A stretch of DNA of 64,000 bases from Tubiluchus corallicola. Lineage: Eukaryota; Animalia; Priapulida. The translations under genes and the position numbers were made by a program. Shown here in pieces: positions 35,601 through 50,697 of the stretch (positions are counted from its first letter, which is position 1; every line of letters begins with the position of its first letter). The stretch is taken from the NCBI GenBank assembly GCA_030141605.1, contig JAQGDQ010000575.1:1-64000 (forward strand). The letters run 5' to 3'. The notes beneath the pieces were generated by a model. It was not told the origin of the DNA, did not search any database, and saw only the letters and a list, made by a program, of their open reading frames with translations.

Positions 35601-36266
35601 CAATTGTTCCACCGGGTAGGATGAAATGACATACTTCTACATTTCTTGGACTCTAACTGTTGTTATTGCTTCTTATTGCATCCCCCTTTCTCCTGCACCC
35701 CCTCCCCTGCACTTTTATTTATGCATAATTTATTGTAATTAATAATTAATTATAGCAATTATAATAGTCTATTTATATTTTGGTGTAATTGAGGAGATAA
35801 ATAAAAAATGTCTATATCTGTGTCGTGCATACAATCCACTCTGTATCATTTATACATACATGTACAGTTGTTCCTCTTTCTCTTGGTTTTCTTCCACTTT
35901 TTGCTCTGTCCCCACGTAATCAATGATTATTAGGTAAGGGTTTTTGAATGGCTAAACTTACGTGAACATTGTGTTATGAAGAAATTATAAATCTCCAACA
36001 AGTCGTCTGGCACTCAGAAATGAAGCCATTTTTGTTAAAAGTTTCGCAGCTCCTCAACACGGCATGCCCGTGGGAGAATTTAAGGAAACCAACAAATGTT
36101 GACTTTCTACCAGTAGAAGTCGTTAACAGAGCAGATCCCACAACTGAACGAAGATTTAATGTTTATACATTTTTTCCAGGACGCTGCAAAAGTGTGCAAA
36201 CAGTTCATGGCTAGAGACCCTAACGAGGTTCATTTCACGATCATTGCTCTTGCTGCTTCCACCTAA
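20023..36266 (+). CDS. UCHL3: Ubiquitin carboxyl-terminal hydrolase, peptidase C12 (UCH-L3/UCH-L1 family), 8 exons, 232 aa
   Basis: Exons: 20023-20067 ([15 protein letters not shown]), 20251-20262 (VMNK), 20577-20714 ([15 protein letters not shown]), 21636-21878 ([15 protein letters not shown], catalytic Cys), 22707-22754 ([11 protein letters not shown]), 24189-24255 ([12 protein letters not shown], catalytic His), 26339-26397 ([11 protein letters not shown], catalytic Asp), 36180-36266 ([23 protein letters not shown]). The last intron is ~9.8 kb. Confidence 0.96.
20815..21310 (+). mobile_element. Kolobok-like family A element, truncated copy
   Basis: TTAA|AGTATAAGAAAA start; internal sequence matches 12961-13447 and the inverted 52705-53230. 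Confidence 0.7.
22760..23124 (-). pseudogene. Intronless, disabled fragment of Spire (C-terminal FYVE-like zinc finger), antisense in UCH intron 5
   Basis: The minus frame reads [49 protein letters not shown]...SAPNSP...[10 protein letters not shown]. This matches Spire motifs (Drosophila [52 protein letters not shown]). It has an in-frame TGA at 23115-23113, an incomplete final CxxC, and no other Spire sequence nearby. Confidence 0.85.
23150..23865. mobile_element. DNA-transposon remnants ending in a hAT-like terminus
   Basis: Ends ...TCATTTTCATCCCTG (CAGGGATG on the minus strand) after a GC-rich GCGGCCCCCAAACCCCCGG motif. The left terminus was not found. Confidence 0.4.
24749..25186. mobile_element. 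hAT-like MITE with 8-bp target-site duplication
   Basis: Flanked by TTGTTATT at 24741-24748 and 25187-25194; (T)AGGGCTG start; repeated GGTTAACC subterminal motifs. Confidence 0.75.
26013..26058. repeat. (GAT)n microsatellite
   Basis: Visible run. Confidence 0.95.
26980..27180 (+). mobile_element. HINE/DINE-1/pearl-like non-autonomous Helentron remnant
   Basis: Inverted repeat TATAGTTGCC...GGCAACTATA (26982-27012) followed by a (GTCY)n microsatellite, the typical HINE layout. Confidence 0.6.
27300..27800 (-). mobile_element. 3-prime fragment of an L2/CR1-like LINE
   Basis: (AGTA)n tail, TTTATT and a stem-loop AGGGTGG...ACCACCCT at ~27395-27435, related to the 4.1 kb copy. The right boundary is approximate. 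Confidence 0.45.
28321..28404 (+). other. tRNA-like Pol III unit (tRNA pseudogene or SINE head)
   Basis: A-box TGGCTCAGTTGG, intact T-arm GCAGG-TTCAAAT-CCTGC and a T8 run at ~28397-28404. Acceptor and anticodon stems do not pair well. Confidence 0.55.
29250..31000 (-). mobile_element. Degenerate CR1/L2-group LINE ORF2 remnant
   Basis: Minus frames give linker motifs KPWMS (~30700), KFYY..KSWW (~30420-30500), [10 protein letters not shown] (~30040) and the C-terminal TYGYNS..LWNS..IKS..LKT.K.ELKNKL (~29290-29410). Confidence 0.55.
32410..32546 (-). mobile_element. 3-prime remnant of an R2-Hero-type LINE (restriction-like endonuclease end)
   Basis: The minus frame [30 protein letters not shown] resembles the Hero C-terminal EVGCRGFxAxS..LLKEMGIRG..RRAIKEL pattern. 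Confidence 0.45.
32578..32770. repeat. (AAT)n/(AAC)n microsatellite
   Basis: Visible run, next to an L2-like 3-prime end at ~32770-32830. Confidence 0.95.
35098..35305. repeat. Degenerate ~60-bp tandem repeat, 4 units with core GCGAAGCTGC..TTCA
   Basis: Cores at ~35103, 35167, 35225 and 35283. Confidence 0.65.
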
Positions 36267-37689
36267 AATTATCTAGTTGCCCTTGGATGCTTGATGCTTC
36301 TGCCTAATTACATAATTCGTGCAGTGAAATCATAATTAACCTTTATCACAAAAGAGCTCCGAGCACAACTTCTTTTCATTGAGGAAAGTTTGTCAGTTTC
36401 GTTTTTTAAGTCTTAGCAAAAGTATTGCATGTTTGTTAAAAGTTCATACCGGTGACATTGTTGCTTTCAGAAATGTTTTGTGATGTGGTGTAACCGGTGT
36501 TACATATAATAAAAAATTGTCAGCTTTTTCTTAAACAAAAGTTTTTGGCTTTCATACATTTAATAATAATAATTAAACTGCAGAATATTAAAACAATATT
36601 TGCATCTATCTGTAACTAATTATATTGCTTTTGACTTTGATGTATTTCATCGTTATTATACGACAGAATGCTAGCTTACTTCACATAGTTCTTTGCTTTT
36701 GTATAATTTTAACTATTTATCTACATTGTTTAAGTTCCAGTCTGTGATATTATTTCTAAATTGTCAAATTAGTCATTTTGTTGTAGTTAAGTACTACCTA
36801 CATTGTCACATTTTGATACTTTAATTGTTTGTTGAAAATCTTGAACATATCTGTCAGCTTTGTCATATCATAAGTATACTATCTTAGCTCATAAGTTTAT
36901 TTTTACCTGAATCACATTTGGCCTTATTTGCACCAAAAACTTTTTGTGACCTTGACATGTTTTTGTATAATTTGAATGTTCACGATGTAGACAATATGTC
37001 TAGTTATAAATGATGTGTTTTGTTGTGAAATATTTCTAATTTTCAATTTTTGGTTGTAGAGTTTATTTTGTATAAAAAACACCTCAAGACATTGATGTGA
37101 TGCGAGTATTTTTAACTTTGAAAAATATTGCAGTTTTGGATAATAAAAATTTTAATCTGTGCGCATGTAGTTACCTTACCTTGCTACCAGCTACGAATTT
37201 CAACTTTTGGAATTTTGCGTACCTATATATTCTCTACCTACAGCGTATATATGTATCTAAAACTTGCTACATATAGAAAGATGGGACAACAAGCTTACAT
37301 GCTTGTCTTTAGCTGCAGCTTCTCGGGTTTAAATGTCTTCATGTAACTATCGTTTAAAATGCTTCAATAAATTCGTGAATAGCATCAAATTTTGTTTCGT
37401 TGTAATGAGATTTGTGTTGTAAGCCTAGGTGTCGTGTTAGATTTTCCCAGGAAAGTTAAACGAGACATTTCAATGATTTATACTTTACAGTATTGGTCAG
37501 TGGTCGCCGCTCGACTCTTGGCTTTCTTTAATAGGTTAAATATATCATAAATCTTTACTATAAAATATATCGCCCTGTGAGACATGAACTTCTTAGTGAA
37601 TCGTCAAACAGATTAAAATCTTAGAAAAAATTTGCCAATGAGAATCAATTGGCAACTTCGCTGCTGTTGTGGTAGCGAAGGCGGTGGCT

Positions 37690-37960
37690 GTTGTTGCTGT
37701 TTGCTATTGTTGTTGTTTTTGTAGTAGTTGTTGTTGTTGTAAATATTGATGTTGTCATTATTGTGATTGTTGCTGTTGTTGTTGTGGTTGTTGCCGTTGC
37801 TGTTATTGTTGTTGTCGTTGTCATTGTTGTTGTAAATATTGATGTTGTCATAGTTGTCGTTGTTGTGGTTGTTACTGTTGTTCCTTCTCTGTTGCTATTG
37901 CTGCTGCTGTCGTTGCTATGCTGTTCTTAATGTTGTTGTTGCTGCTGCTACTACTATATT
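37690..37960. repeat. Imperfect (GTT)n microsatellite
   Basis: Visible run with an internal duplication (GTAAATATTGATGTTGTCAT twice). Confidence 0.9.
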
Positions 37961-38082
37961 GTGGCTATTATAGTCATTCGTGTTAACTTTTTTTATTATT
38001 TGAAAACATCTTCGTGGGCTGACCATTGTCCAAGATTTCTGTAAGATTTCTTACATGTTTGCGTGGTACCATTTTACAGATC

Positions 38083-38497
38083 AAATTGTTTGAACACTAC
38101 ATGTGTGTTCCCTAATGACAGAGCTACTACGATCATCAGTAATATTACATGATATTGTTTGAGCACTACATGTGTGTTCCATAATGACAGAGCTACTAAG
38201 ATCATCAATAATATTACGTGATATTGTTTGAGCACTACATCTGTGTTCCATAATGGCAGAGCTACTAAGATCATCAATTATATTACATGATATCGTTTGA
38301 ACACTACATGTGTGTTCCATAATGACAGAGCTACTAAGATCATCAGTAATATTCCATGATATCGTTCGAACACTACATGTGTGTTTCCTAATGACAGAGC
38401 TATTAAGATCATCAGTAATATTACATGATATTGTTTGAACACTACATGTGTGTTCCCTGATGACAGAGCTACTAAGATCATCAGTAATATAACATGA
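38083..38497. repeat. 69-bp minisatellite, ~6 copies (a further copy at ~39571-39640)
   Basis: Unit ATATTGTTTGAACACTACATGTGTGTTCCATAATGACAGAGCTACTAAGATCATCAGTAATATTACATG; period 69 (38152 to 38221). Confidence 0.95.
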
Positions 38498-39570
<1,073 letters not shown>

Positions 39571-40271
39571 ATATTGTTTGAGTACTACACGAGTGTTTCC
39601 TAATGACAGAGCTACTAAGATCATCAGTAATATTACATGAATGTTTGTCTATGTTTAAATCTCTTCTCGAAATTGTTTAACTAAGAGGTTTAGTTGAGAA
39701 ATTTTAATATCCACTGCTTTGCTGAGTAACAATAGCTGCGTTGATTCCGGGTCGCTGAACGAAGCTGGAAAACATTACTAAGCTGCCACGTTAGCAATTA
39801 CCTGCAATTGCCTGTTTTGTGGACTTATTTGGCAGAAACAAATATGGAGTTTTCTAATTTGTTTTAGCTGACTACTCTGTATTTCGTCTCTTCTGCGCGT
39901 GCCCTTTCAAAAAAGCACACGAAGATATGAGAATGAATGCAGCATAAACGATTTTTTAATAAATTAAAATTAAGCACCCTGGAGTCTGTTTATTAAGTGG
40001 ATAGGTGACCACCAGCAAGAATCATTTGCAGACTCTTCCACGTATTTATCTCGTTGAAAGAGGATGTACTGGCATTCAAACATGGCCAAGGCAGCTCTGC
40101 TAATCGAAGGTCTCACCTAAAAACAAGATAATCCTCGATAATGAAGATTGCGCTCCTGCTACAACCATAACAAGCTGCAGATGTCGAACTTATAAAAACG
40201 GGTTGCTTGTCTTTGGAATCCCGAGCAAATGGTGAAATGCAAGCAGTTGATAGACCTAGTAAAAATTATTA

Positions 40272-40852
40272 TTCATATGCTAACCCATTTTCAAGTACGA
40301 TAAAAAGCATACGGTTACTACTGCAAAAGTGTTTCTGTTAATTAAATAATAGATTAAAAACTTAATTAACGGCAGCCGAGCCTAACTATTGATGTCATCA
40401 CAAACTAACAATGTTCAACTGCAAAAATATTCCACGAGCGTGTTGCACAAAAGTTTGCAAAAGCGGAAATTAAGGTACAGTGTTACTGTAAGATATTCAG
40501 GCTAAAACTAGACAAATTTTCAGATAAAATTTCAAATTTACCGCTGTGTTGACGCATGAGTTGTTGAACGTGTGTAGTTCGTCACAAACTAACGCATCTG
40601 AACTGAGACGTACGACACTTGTTTTTCTTTTGTGCAACGCGTTTCAGAAATGCAGGCGCTAATGCCCGTCTAACTAGCGAATGGCGAAATGCATGTAACA
40701 GTGAAGAACTAGTATCGCAAACGTGAAATTGTGTTTGTTTGGTAATAATTCTTTCACATAAATCATTTTTTGAAAAAGTAGTATGTTTCCTTTCAATATT
40801 TCAAAGAGTAGATTGTTTTGACCTACACTTTAAGACTGGGTCCGGTTTTGCT
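40272..40852 (+). mobile_element. Kolobok-like family B element, 5-prime-truncated copy
   Basis: Matches 17848-18455; ends TCCGGTTTTGCT|TTAA. Confidence 0.8.
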
Positions 40853-42096
40853 TTAAGAAAGTGATTGGTGATCTAACCAAAGATTAAATCACAGATGGAT
40901 CGTTGATTCCACGATCCTGGTATGACAGCCGCAGTTTGACAATTTAAACATTACAATGTGTGGTCCCGCTAACTATTTAAGTCTACAATGGCCTAATGGG
41001 CTTATTGTAATTGGAAACGATAAAGGCTTCGAATTGTTTGATTATAATCGAGAGAGTGTCACTGTTTAATTCGAATTTCGAGTTTAACAGATGAACGGAA
41101 AAGTTGTTGAGTGTGTTGAATGATTTCTTGTTGCTTGACTTGTTGAGTGTGCCATATTTTGTGAAGCAATTAACACTCTAAAATTATTGTTTTAATTATC
41201 GTAATTATTAGAATTGTTTAACTAAATATCAAAATAAGTAACCGATACTGTTTTAATTAAGTAGTAATTTACAAGTAAAATGTTACAAGTAATTTTTACC
41301 TATCTAAATATTACCCCACATAGTACATACTTCTCATATGTTAGCTAACTCTAAACACCACAGTTACGTATATTTGCGAACTCGTCCATCATTTTAAGTC
41401 AAAAATCAAATATTTTTGTTCCGGCTGCCAGCTTTTGTACTAAACGTTCTTGTTCTTGTACATACAATAGTTATTGTTGAAACAACTAAGCGTAGTTCTT
41501 ACACAAATCTAACGTAAAGTCTGTTAAAAGGACCCGGACTCGTTTATTAGCCACGAAAATTTCCTTGCCAATTAAAATGTAAGCGAAATTTGTTGTTTCA
41601 AGTTTTTACATTAAACACAGAAGTTTTTTTAAATGTGGGATCCAGGATCCAGCACTGAATGACAGCTGCTGCTTAATGTGGGTGATTGTGGCGCTACCGG
41701 AACTTAGTTATTTAGTTTGCTTTCCCAAATCTTGTTACCTTTTATTACTGTTTACTATTTCGAAATTAACAATCAAGAAAATTTTTGAAGAACTGAGTTC
41801 TTGCATTACTGCTTCTGAGAAACTTCCGCGTGATCATCGAGATGTCAAGCATTTAATTTAAGTGATCTTTATTTTTTTAATTAAATGCTCATTTTGTTGT
41901 TTTGTTTAGTTTTATTTATCATGGTTTTTTATGTACGAGAGAGATGATGCCCAATAATGAATATGATTTATCGCTTTGAGATACTCAAAGCTTGTTTTAG
42001 TGGGAAAACTTAGTAGTTGTAATTATCGGGTTGTTAAATTTGGCAAGAAATTATATCATTCACACGAACCATTCATTATATTGTATATTTGAAATA

Positions 42097-42245
42097 TCAG
42101 ACGGTTTAGCCTTGTGGTAACGCGCCCGCTTTCAGTCTGGGAGGTCGTGAGTTCGATAGAGCGGCCGAGTCATACCAAAGACTTTAAAAATGGTACCTGC
42201 TGTTGCCCTGCCTGGCGCGTGGTATTTTGGGCAAAAGTGGGGTAA
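42097..42245 (+). mobile_element. tRNA-derived SINE with Meta-like central domain
   Basis: A-box TAGCCTTGTGG and B-box GAGTTCGATAG, followed by GTCATACCAAAGACTTTAAAAATGGTACCTGCTGTTGCCCTGCCTGGCGC, resembling the MetaSINE core. Confidence 0.6.
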
Positions 42246-43419
42246 TAATAGTCTCTGTTATGTAGTTGTAAGTTGTTATTTACAGTCGGCGATAATAGCT
42301 CTTTGAGCTAATGTTAATAGTTGACCCAAAAGCCGACTTTAGATAAAGATTACAATGAAATCGAAGCAGCGTCCACGTTTATAATGATCTTCGACTAAAA
42401 TTATGTAATCTCATCAGTGTAATTATACCAGAATTGTTTCTTATCAGCGATGCAGATAAATTTTTATTTTTGATGGGAGTAAAGAATTTGAAGTAATTAA
42501 CGCTTTTATTGATTATGATTGAAAATGCGTTTTTGAGACATGATGAACAAAATACTATATAATGATGATATCATTGTAAATTAGGCCAGCAGTTGTTGTT
42601 GGCATCATTCTGTCTCGGAAGACAATGGAGTGTGCGCCAAGAGAGTCAGTTATTGATCACATTGATGGAGCTGCAGCGTCGACTGTGGCTGAGCAGTGCG
42701 ATCCTTGAACCACTGGAATGGCCACTCCAGGGCGCATTCCTGGGCAAGGTGTATGGAGATCCTGAGTTGCCCAGACAACAAGAAAGCCTGTCTTCCTTTG
42801 AGGCCAGATGAGTGGCAATGTATTTTAAATACTAATCACTAAATAACTATAATAACTAACAGGAACGATTTTGGAATATATTTCTTTTATCAATAATTGT
42901 TTGTTTGTAGTGCTGACATATTGTATTGTATTGACATATTGTATTGTGTTGATATTTTCATTGTTGAAAGGCATGTATATCTTGTTTTTCATTTCGTATC
43001 AACTTTTGTCAGTAATAAAATAAATAAATATATTAATTGTAGTTACTAATTGTTTGACAGACAATTCTATAAGTTTCATCAAATTCTATATTTAAAATAT
43101 TTCACAGAAATTTTCTTGCTAATTTCTCACCATTCATTTGTAAATGATTCATTGCGGCGGCTTAGGTCGGGAAAGTTTACATAACATTTAGTGCCTTGTT
43201 GACTTATTTTTGACTGGTAAACAAAACTTAAACCCAAGTAGCTGGGAACCTATCAGTAAACAAATTAACACTTTGAAAAGTAAACACGCAGGTAAATAAA
43301 CGCCCAGAGAGTTTGGAAAATTTGACTGATTGGTTAGGTGTAATCATGTAGTTAGAATCACATTTGAGCTTTTGAATAAAGAAAGCAAACTAGTATTTTT
43401 AATATTAGTATTAAGTTAT

Positions 43420-44596
<1,177 letters not shown>

Positions 44597-44839
44597 AGGT
44601 TGCTAGGTTAAATAAATATGGTTAGTTAAAAAATATAAATATAATAACAATATAGGTTAAATAAATAAAGGTAAATTGAATTATTGGATACCAAAGGCTA
44701 TGCTCTTCCAAATTACAGCAATTTTTCAAGCCTCCCGCTATACCTGTTACATGTAAAGCAAAAAAATGTAGCGAAGGAACGTAGGGGAATTGGTTTTGTA
44801 GCCTCGTATCAGTCATTCAGCGGTACTGACTATTTAATG

Positions 44840-45130
44840 TAGATGATTGTGACAGGACCGGAATTTATGTCATTATGAGCAGTAAATGAGTCACTGAACG
44901 CCAGTAGAGGTCGTATTAGAAGATTGTGACAGGACCGGAATTTATGTTATTATGACCAGTAAATGAGTCACTGAACGCCAGTAGAGGTCGTATTAGATTA
45001 TTATGACAGGACCGGAATTTATGTTATTATGACCAGTAAATGAGTCACTGAACGCCAGTAGAGGTCGTATTAGATGATTGTGACAGGACCGGAATTTATG
45101 TGATTATGACCAATAGATGGGTTACTGAAC
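44840..45130. repeat. 77-bp minisatellite, ~3.8 copies
   Basis: GACAGGACCGGAATTTATG recurs at 44851, 44928, 45005 and 45082. Confidence 0.95.
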
Positions 45131-45777
45131 CATTAATTAAAGGCCTGGATTAGCCGTTAGTGAAGCAAATACAAATGGGTAATATAGAAAAATGTTTAGA
45201 AACCATTGAAATGTAGTTCTTCTTGTGCTCACCCTTCAATCCACTAAGCAATGTAGAAGTTAACAGGTGCAGAAATTGGTAAGCCCAGATTTACAATTTG
45301 ACAAAATAAATTTAAAGCAAATTTGTAAAATTTATTTTATTTGATTAATTAATCATGCTTAGTAATTTTTACGGATTTACTTTGTAGTAAGTCGCACCTA
45401 CATTAATCAGTTCTGTAATTAACCACACCAGAGTGATACCTGGTACAGTTTTTGATGCAAAGTGTTCACGGTTTTTGAATACTCATTTCACACATCAGCT
45501 CGAGAAATCTCATCCACCTACAAGAAGGAAATCCGCGTAAAATCATTGCTAAAATGTCTTGAGGCAAAAAATTGTTAAGAATGGCTTGAATGGCTCAGTG
45601 CAAATAAGGTATTTGTGTGGGAGGTTGAAAGTTTGTGGAACTTGGCCTGATTTCAGTGTTAAATAAATTATGATTATTTAGGTAGAGTGACGGCAACGTT
45701 TTATCAGCTGAACTGTTTTTTCATCAATGAATGCAGTTTGGTTAGAATTTAGTCTTGAAAGAGATTCTGAATTTTGT

Positions 45778-46030
45778 AGCCTTCGCGATGTCAAATTACG
45801 AGACGTGCTCCAAATTGGATCTTCGTTTCAAAGAATATTATTTAGTTATTTGGTTACCTAAGAAATATGTATCCGTTTTTATTCCTGTTTGTATTTTTGG
45901 ATACAATCAGAGGCGACATCAATGCTGGTGTTCCACAAGGGTCAGTAATAGTCCCTACTTTGTTTCTGCGGTTAATCAATAACCGACTAGACTCTATTCT
46001 CTATGCTTGTCAGTACTGTTGATACTGCTC
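45778..46030 (+). mobile_element. Degenerate LINE reverse-transcriptase fragment
   Basis: The plus frame INAGVPQGSVIVPTLFLRLINN (~45919-45984) matches the RT motif GVPQGSVLGPxLF; an AF..KL motif lies upstream. Confidence 0.75.
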
Positions 46031-47499
46031 TGATTGATACCTACTTATCAGCTACCATAATGTCATTACAGAATTTTCATTTTTCTGAAATATACTCATA
46101 TTCGTAGTTTTTATACCAAAATGTATAAAAGAATAGTCTATGTTATGACATATTACTAGTTAAATGGGGATTATTTGTATTTGATTGTGAAGCAGGCAGT
46201 AATGCAACGAAATTTTTGTTTACATTGAAAGTTTCCAAGGTTCGGCTGGTTTTTATCATATAATCCCTGTAAATAGAAGTTAACTGCACTTAATGAAATT
46301 ATTTTTTCAGTTTGATTACTGTCTGTATTGTATGTACATGTGATTTGTTTATTATCTGACTAACATATTTAGAATAATAAACGTTTTTATCATGCTTATT
46401 TATTAACAAATATCACTAAATCGGTACTGGAAAATCCAGAGACGAAATTTTTATATCTTTACAACGGGGCTGTAAATTTGAGCTCAACAAATTGATGTTT
46501 AGCTACAATCCATAACGCCAAGTCATAAAAGGTTGATGGCAGGTAGGTAAAAACTCACGAGTGTTTGAACAATTCCATATCTGGAAACGGTTGCAAGAAT
46601 TTTCGAAATTGTACACTGCACGGTAATAAATGCAATCTAGCTTCGTACTCATATAAATTTTTATATGAATTCTCCATTAAAGAATTTAGAATAAAACCTC
46701 GTTCTTGCCAGCAAAAAAATTTTTTAGCTAACATATCATGTTGCAGACAATGTCATGTGCTACATATGATGTCATATGTTGGACACAATACCCCCATGTT
46801 GTACAATTTACATGATACGGACCCAGTAGAAAAACGCGCTTTTACATACAATTTTACAATACAATGTCTCATACAGTTTCAATGATTTTTAGGCCAATAA
46901 TACATGAAAAATTGTCAACCTCATTCTCATAATTTATGCACACATAAGGCTTAAAGGCTCGCTGACGTCTATTAGTTCAATAATAAATCGTATAGATGGC
47001 GACACCAGCAATCTAAGAATTGCAATGCATTTCTCATTATGCATAACACGATGAGAACCATTATCTAAAGCGATACATTTTAAGCTGATACTCCTTTAAC
47101 ATTGAAAAATACAATCAATTTTGTCGCAACATTACGCTGACAGACGTGAGACAATTTACCTAGGAGACTAAAGTCATTTACCTGAGTGTAAAATAATGAT
47201 CGGGTAAGTGTTGCCATAATTAGCTACACAAGGTAAATACGTATTGAACGGTCAGTGGACTCAGTAGTGTCCAGAGGCAAAACTATCACTAGTAATTATT
47301 TACATGAACATTTAGGACGTGACCTCCTACCCTTTAATCATATAATTTAATCCGGTCAATTGTGGTTCTAGCTAAGACTTGATCAGACCGAAAACTTTTT
47401 TAATGGTTTTAGTTGACCAGTGTCTACTTAAAAGTCCAGGGAGGCCGAATAGTTTTGAATAGGCTAATGTCGTGAAAATGTAATTAAATGCCTGTGACG

Positions 47500-47935
47500 A
47501 TGGCAACAATGGTGACCACGAGAGTTATGATGCTGATAATGATGGTGATGATGATGATGACGACGACGACGATGATGATGATGATGATAATGATAATGAT
47601 GGTAATGATGATGATGATGATGATGGTAATGATGGTGCTGATGACGATAATGACGACGATGATGATGACGACGACGACGACGACGACGATGATGATGATG
47701 ATGACGACGACGACGATGAAGATGATGATGATGATGGTGGTGGTGTTAATGATGGTGGCGATGTTGACGATGAAGACGACGACGAAGATGATGATGATGA
47801 TTGTGGTGGTGATAATGATGGTGGCGATGCTGGCGATGACGACGAAGATGATGATGATGATGAGGAGGAGGAGGAGGAGGAGGAGGAGGAGGAGGAGGAG
47901 GAGGAGGAGGAGGAGGAGGAGAATAATAATGGGGA
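47500..47935. repeat. Compound (GAT)n/(GAC)n/(GAG)n microsatellite
   Basis: Directly visible; explains the poly-Met/Arg and poly-Pro/His ORFs. Confidence 0.95.
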
Positions 47936-48644
47936 AGATAACGGAAATTTAGAAAAAAGGTGACGAAGATACCGATAGCCATAGTGACCTTGAGTGTTCT
48001 ATACATTAAAATTGTTCACTCAAGAATCTGCCGAAGAAGAAAGGCCGAACTGCTTTACTGCTGGTGTTATTTCTTATAATCACAAAGTATAAAGAGAATT
48101 TCGAAGAGAAGCAGTTCGATGAATGCTATGAAGTTTCGCACCTGTTACCTCATGCTCGAATATTATGAATCAGCAAGACGATATTAAAGTCGAGATAGAT
48201 AGTTTTGTCAATGTTTTAATAATGTCTATGATGATCGTGATCTAAAATGAATTATATTTAACACTAATTCTGTAATTAAACGTCCAACAAATGTCAGTAA
48301 TTTTAACAATGATTAATCATAGTAAGCGCAGCCAGGCAATGGTGTCAGCAGTGCCAGTTGTAGCCTCCATCCGGTTGACGTAATCGTATTATCATTTATT
48401 ACGTAATTCTGTCATTAGTATAGCTAATATTGCCAAAACATTAGCGTCTACACGACGACCACCAGGAGCGTGCGTGTGTGCGGGGGAGTCGCCTTACTCA
48501 ACGGTTGCTTTCAGTTTTAGACGTGGGAAAACTAAAGCCTAATTTATACTTTACCATAGTAAATACGAAATTTATAAAAAAGGGGAAAAAACAGCGGACT
48601 AATAGTGAACTAATCACTAGTGATCGCCATAATGGCCCTGCATG

Positions 48645-48840
48645 AGTTAACTGACTAGATACCTACTGAATGACTAGCTGACATTAAGTTACCAACCTGA
48701 GAGATTGACTGACTGGCTGGCTGACTAACACTGACTGACTGACACGGACTAACTGACTGACTGACTGACTGACTGACTGACTGACTGACTGACTGGCTAA
48801 TTTATTAAGTGATTGGTTGACTAACTGATTGACTAATGAC
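48645..48840. repeat. (GACT)n microsatellite
   Basis: Visible run. Confidence 0.9.
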
Positions 48841-50477
48841 AACTTTGAGATTACCAGGTGGCAGAGCAAGTGAATGACAGACTGGCTTAATGATTAACTC
48901 ACTGGCCCGCCGGTCAACTGACCAATGAGCAGCTGACCTATATTCTGGCAAAATGAAATTAGCAAAATACTGCATTATCGTTAGAATTTTGCAATAATTT
49001 AGCCAATAGCATCAGAAAAAATTATTTTCGTGTAGTCCTAGTGAACCACTTGCAGTGTCGTTCCAGTATTTCCCACTGTCCGTTTTCGTTCCCTTGCCAG
49101 AGCAAGTGTCTTATATTTCAGAAATAAGCTGGTACAGATTCTGGTTTCATCACTGAATCACAGGAGGGAACTGATACTACAGGAAATTCCACTTGTCTTT
49201 AATTACTGTCCACTCTGTCTTACTCACACACCAGTTTGTTTACTATGCAGTTTACTCATCATCTGGGCACGTACCATTCAACATGGAGGGGTGCGAGGAG
49301 ACCAGATGAGCTGAAAGCCAGCCTGACAATAATTTAACTACTTTTCAGTAAGATATCAGCAATTCCTATATGAAGGATTTTGGCAAGAAAAAGTCTACCA
49401 GTCTGAATTCTCTGCACTTCTTTGCCATTTTTTACTTAATTTCAACTCATATTTATTTACGCAACTACCTCGGTACATGATAGTGGCTGCTTACATTTGG
49501 GTTCCGCTTCGTGAGAACTGGCTCTCTTACGAAGCTCAAGCAAACTCGTTTATTTCAGGGCTCTAACTGGATACACCGTAGTATTTTCTTTACTAAAGGC
49601 TTTTCTTTGACGTCCATGTTACTCTGTCTGTCATCGTTGTTGAAATCGTAGTTTTGTCAGGCTGAATAATTCGCTTCATTAATTTTAATATTATTAGAGA
49701 TTTTGTCCTCGTAATATACTGTAGCATTGCAATAATATTTTGCAATACTGTACATGTACTCCAAACAAAAATGGCTACTGTGTGACGAAATGGACAGGCG
49801 TGGGGAAATGCAACGGACATTTTTATTCAGTTGAGAAAAGATAACGAGAATAGGAAATCGAAAATGTGCACCACGCCATTCACTGAATTCAGTATGTCGA
49901 TATCGGCCCAGTCTTGGTGTAATGTGTGAAATGTTGAACCTGTAATCTTTCTCGATTACTTGGATTCGTAAAAAAGTGTAAACTCTGGAAGAAGAAACAA
50001 CATTAAGTTTATGATTACGTATTTACGTGGCTAGTTGTTTTATTACACATAAAAAACAATCACGAAAACTACACAAACATGCAGTAATTATGAGATGATC
50101 ATGATACGATACTACATAATGTAGACTTAGTAACATCGAAAAAGTTCAAATTAATGAATCTAAACTGATACTGAAATGTGTGTAGTCACCTAAAGATACA
50201 AGAAATAAGTAGTCACACATCATACTAAGTTTGATACATACATGAATTACCCAAAACATACATGTAACATTAATCAAACGAGAACCATGAGACAAAGGGA
50301 CAGACACCCAGCTCAGGATTTAGAAAGTGTCCGACCACGCTACAACTCAGAACAAATTTTTATAACTTAGTGTTCAACCTACAGCCTAAACAACTAGATA
50401 AACATAATCAGATTCATACAGTAAAAAAATACATTCAGGTAGGTTTGAATATTCAAACTAGAGACTCGTGCTGATGC

Positions 50478-50697
50478 GTCGAAAAACAAGAAGAAATTAG
50501 ACAGTCTTTGTTGAACATCGCAACATCGCAACACACGTATACACGATGTTCACGATACATGAATACATGAATTGCATGAATAAATTAGAAGTCACTATTA
50601 ACATGAACAAAACTAAACTTTTTTTTGAAACCTAATTCGATGGTTAATGTGCCCTCTGGAGGGGTATGGTTGTCTAATAATTGTACATGTGCTTTTG
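50478..50697 (+). repeat. ~220-bp direct repeat, copy 1 (copy 2 at 53476-53698)
   Basis: GTCGAAAAA..GAAGAAATTAGACAG..CCTAATTCGATGGTTAATGTGCCC.CTGGAGGGGT is present twice, ~3.0 kb apart. Confidence 0.9.

Noticed and set aside
40040-40115. SRAALAMFECQY resembling a Wnt motif
   Set aside because: Lacks the following F..RWNC and other Wnt cysteines.
42593-42811. GC-rich 72-aa ORF
   Set aside because: No gene context; loosely resembles an RTE-type LINE C-terminus but is too weak to call.
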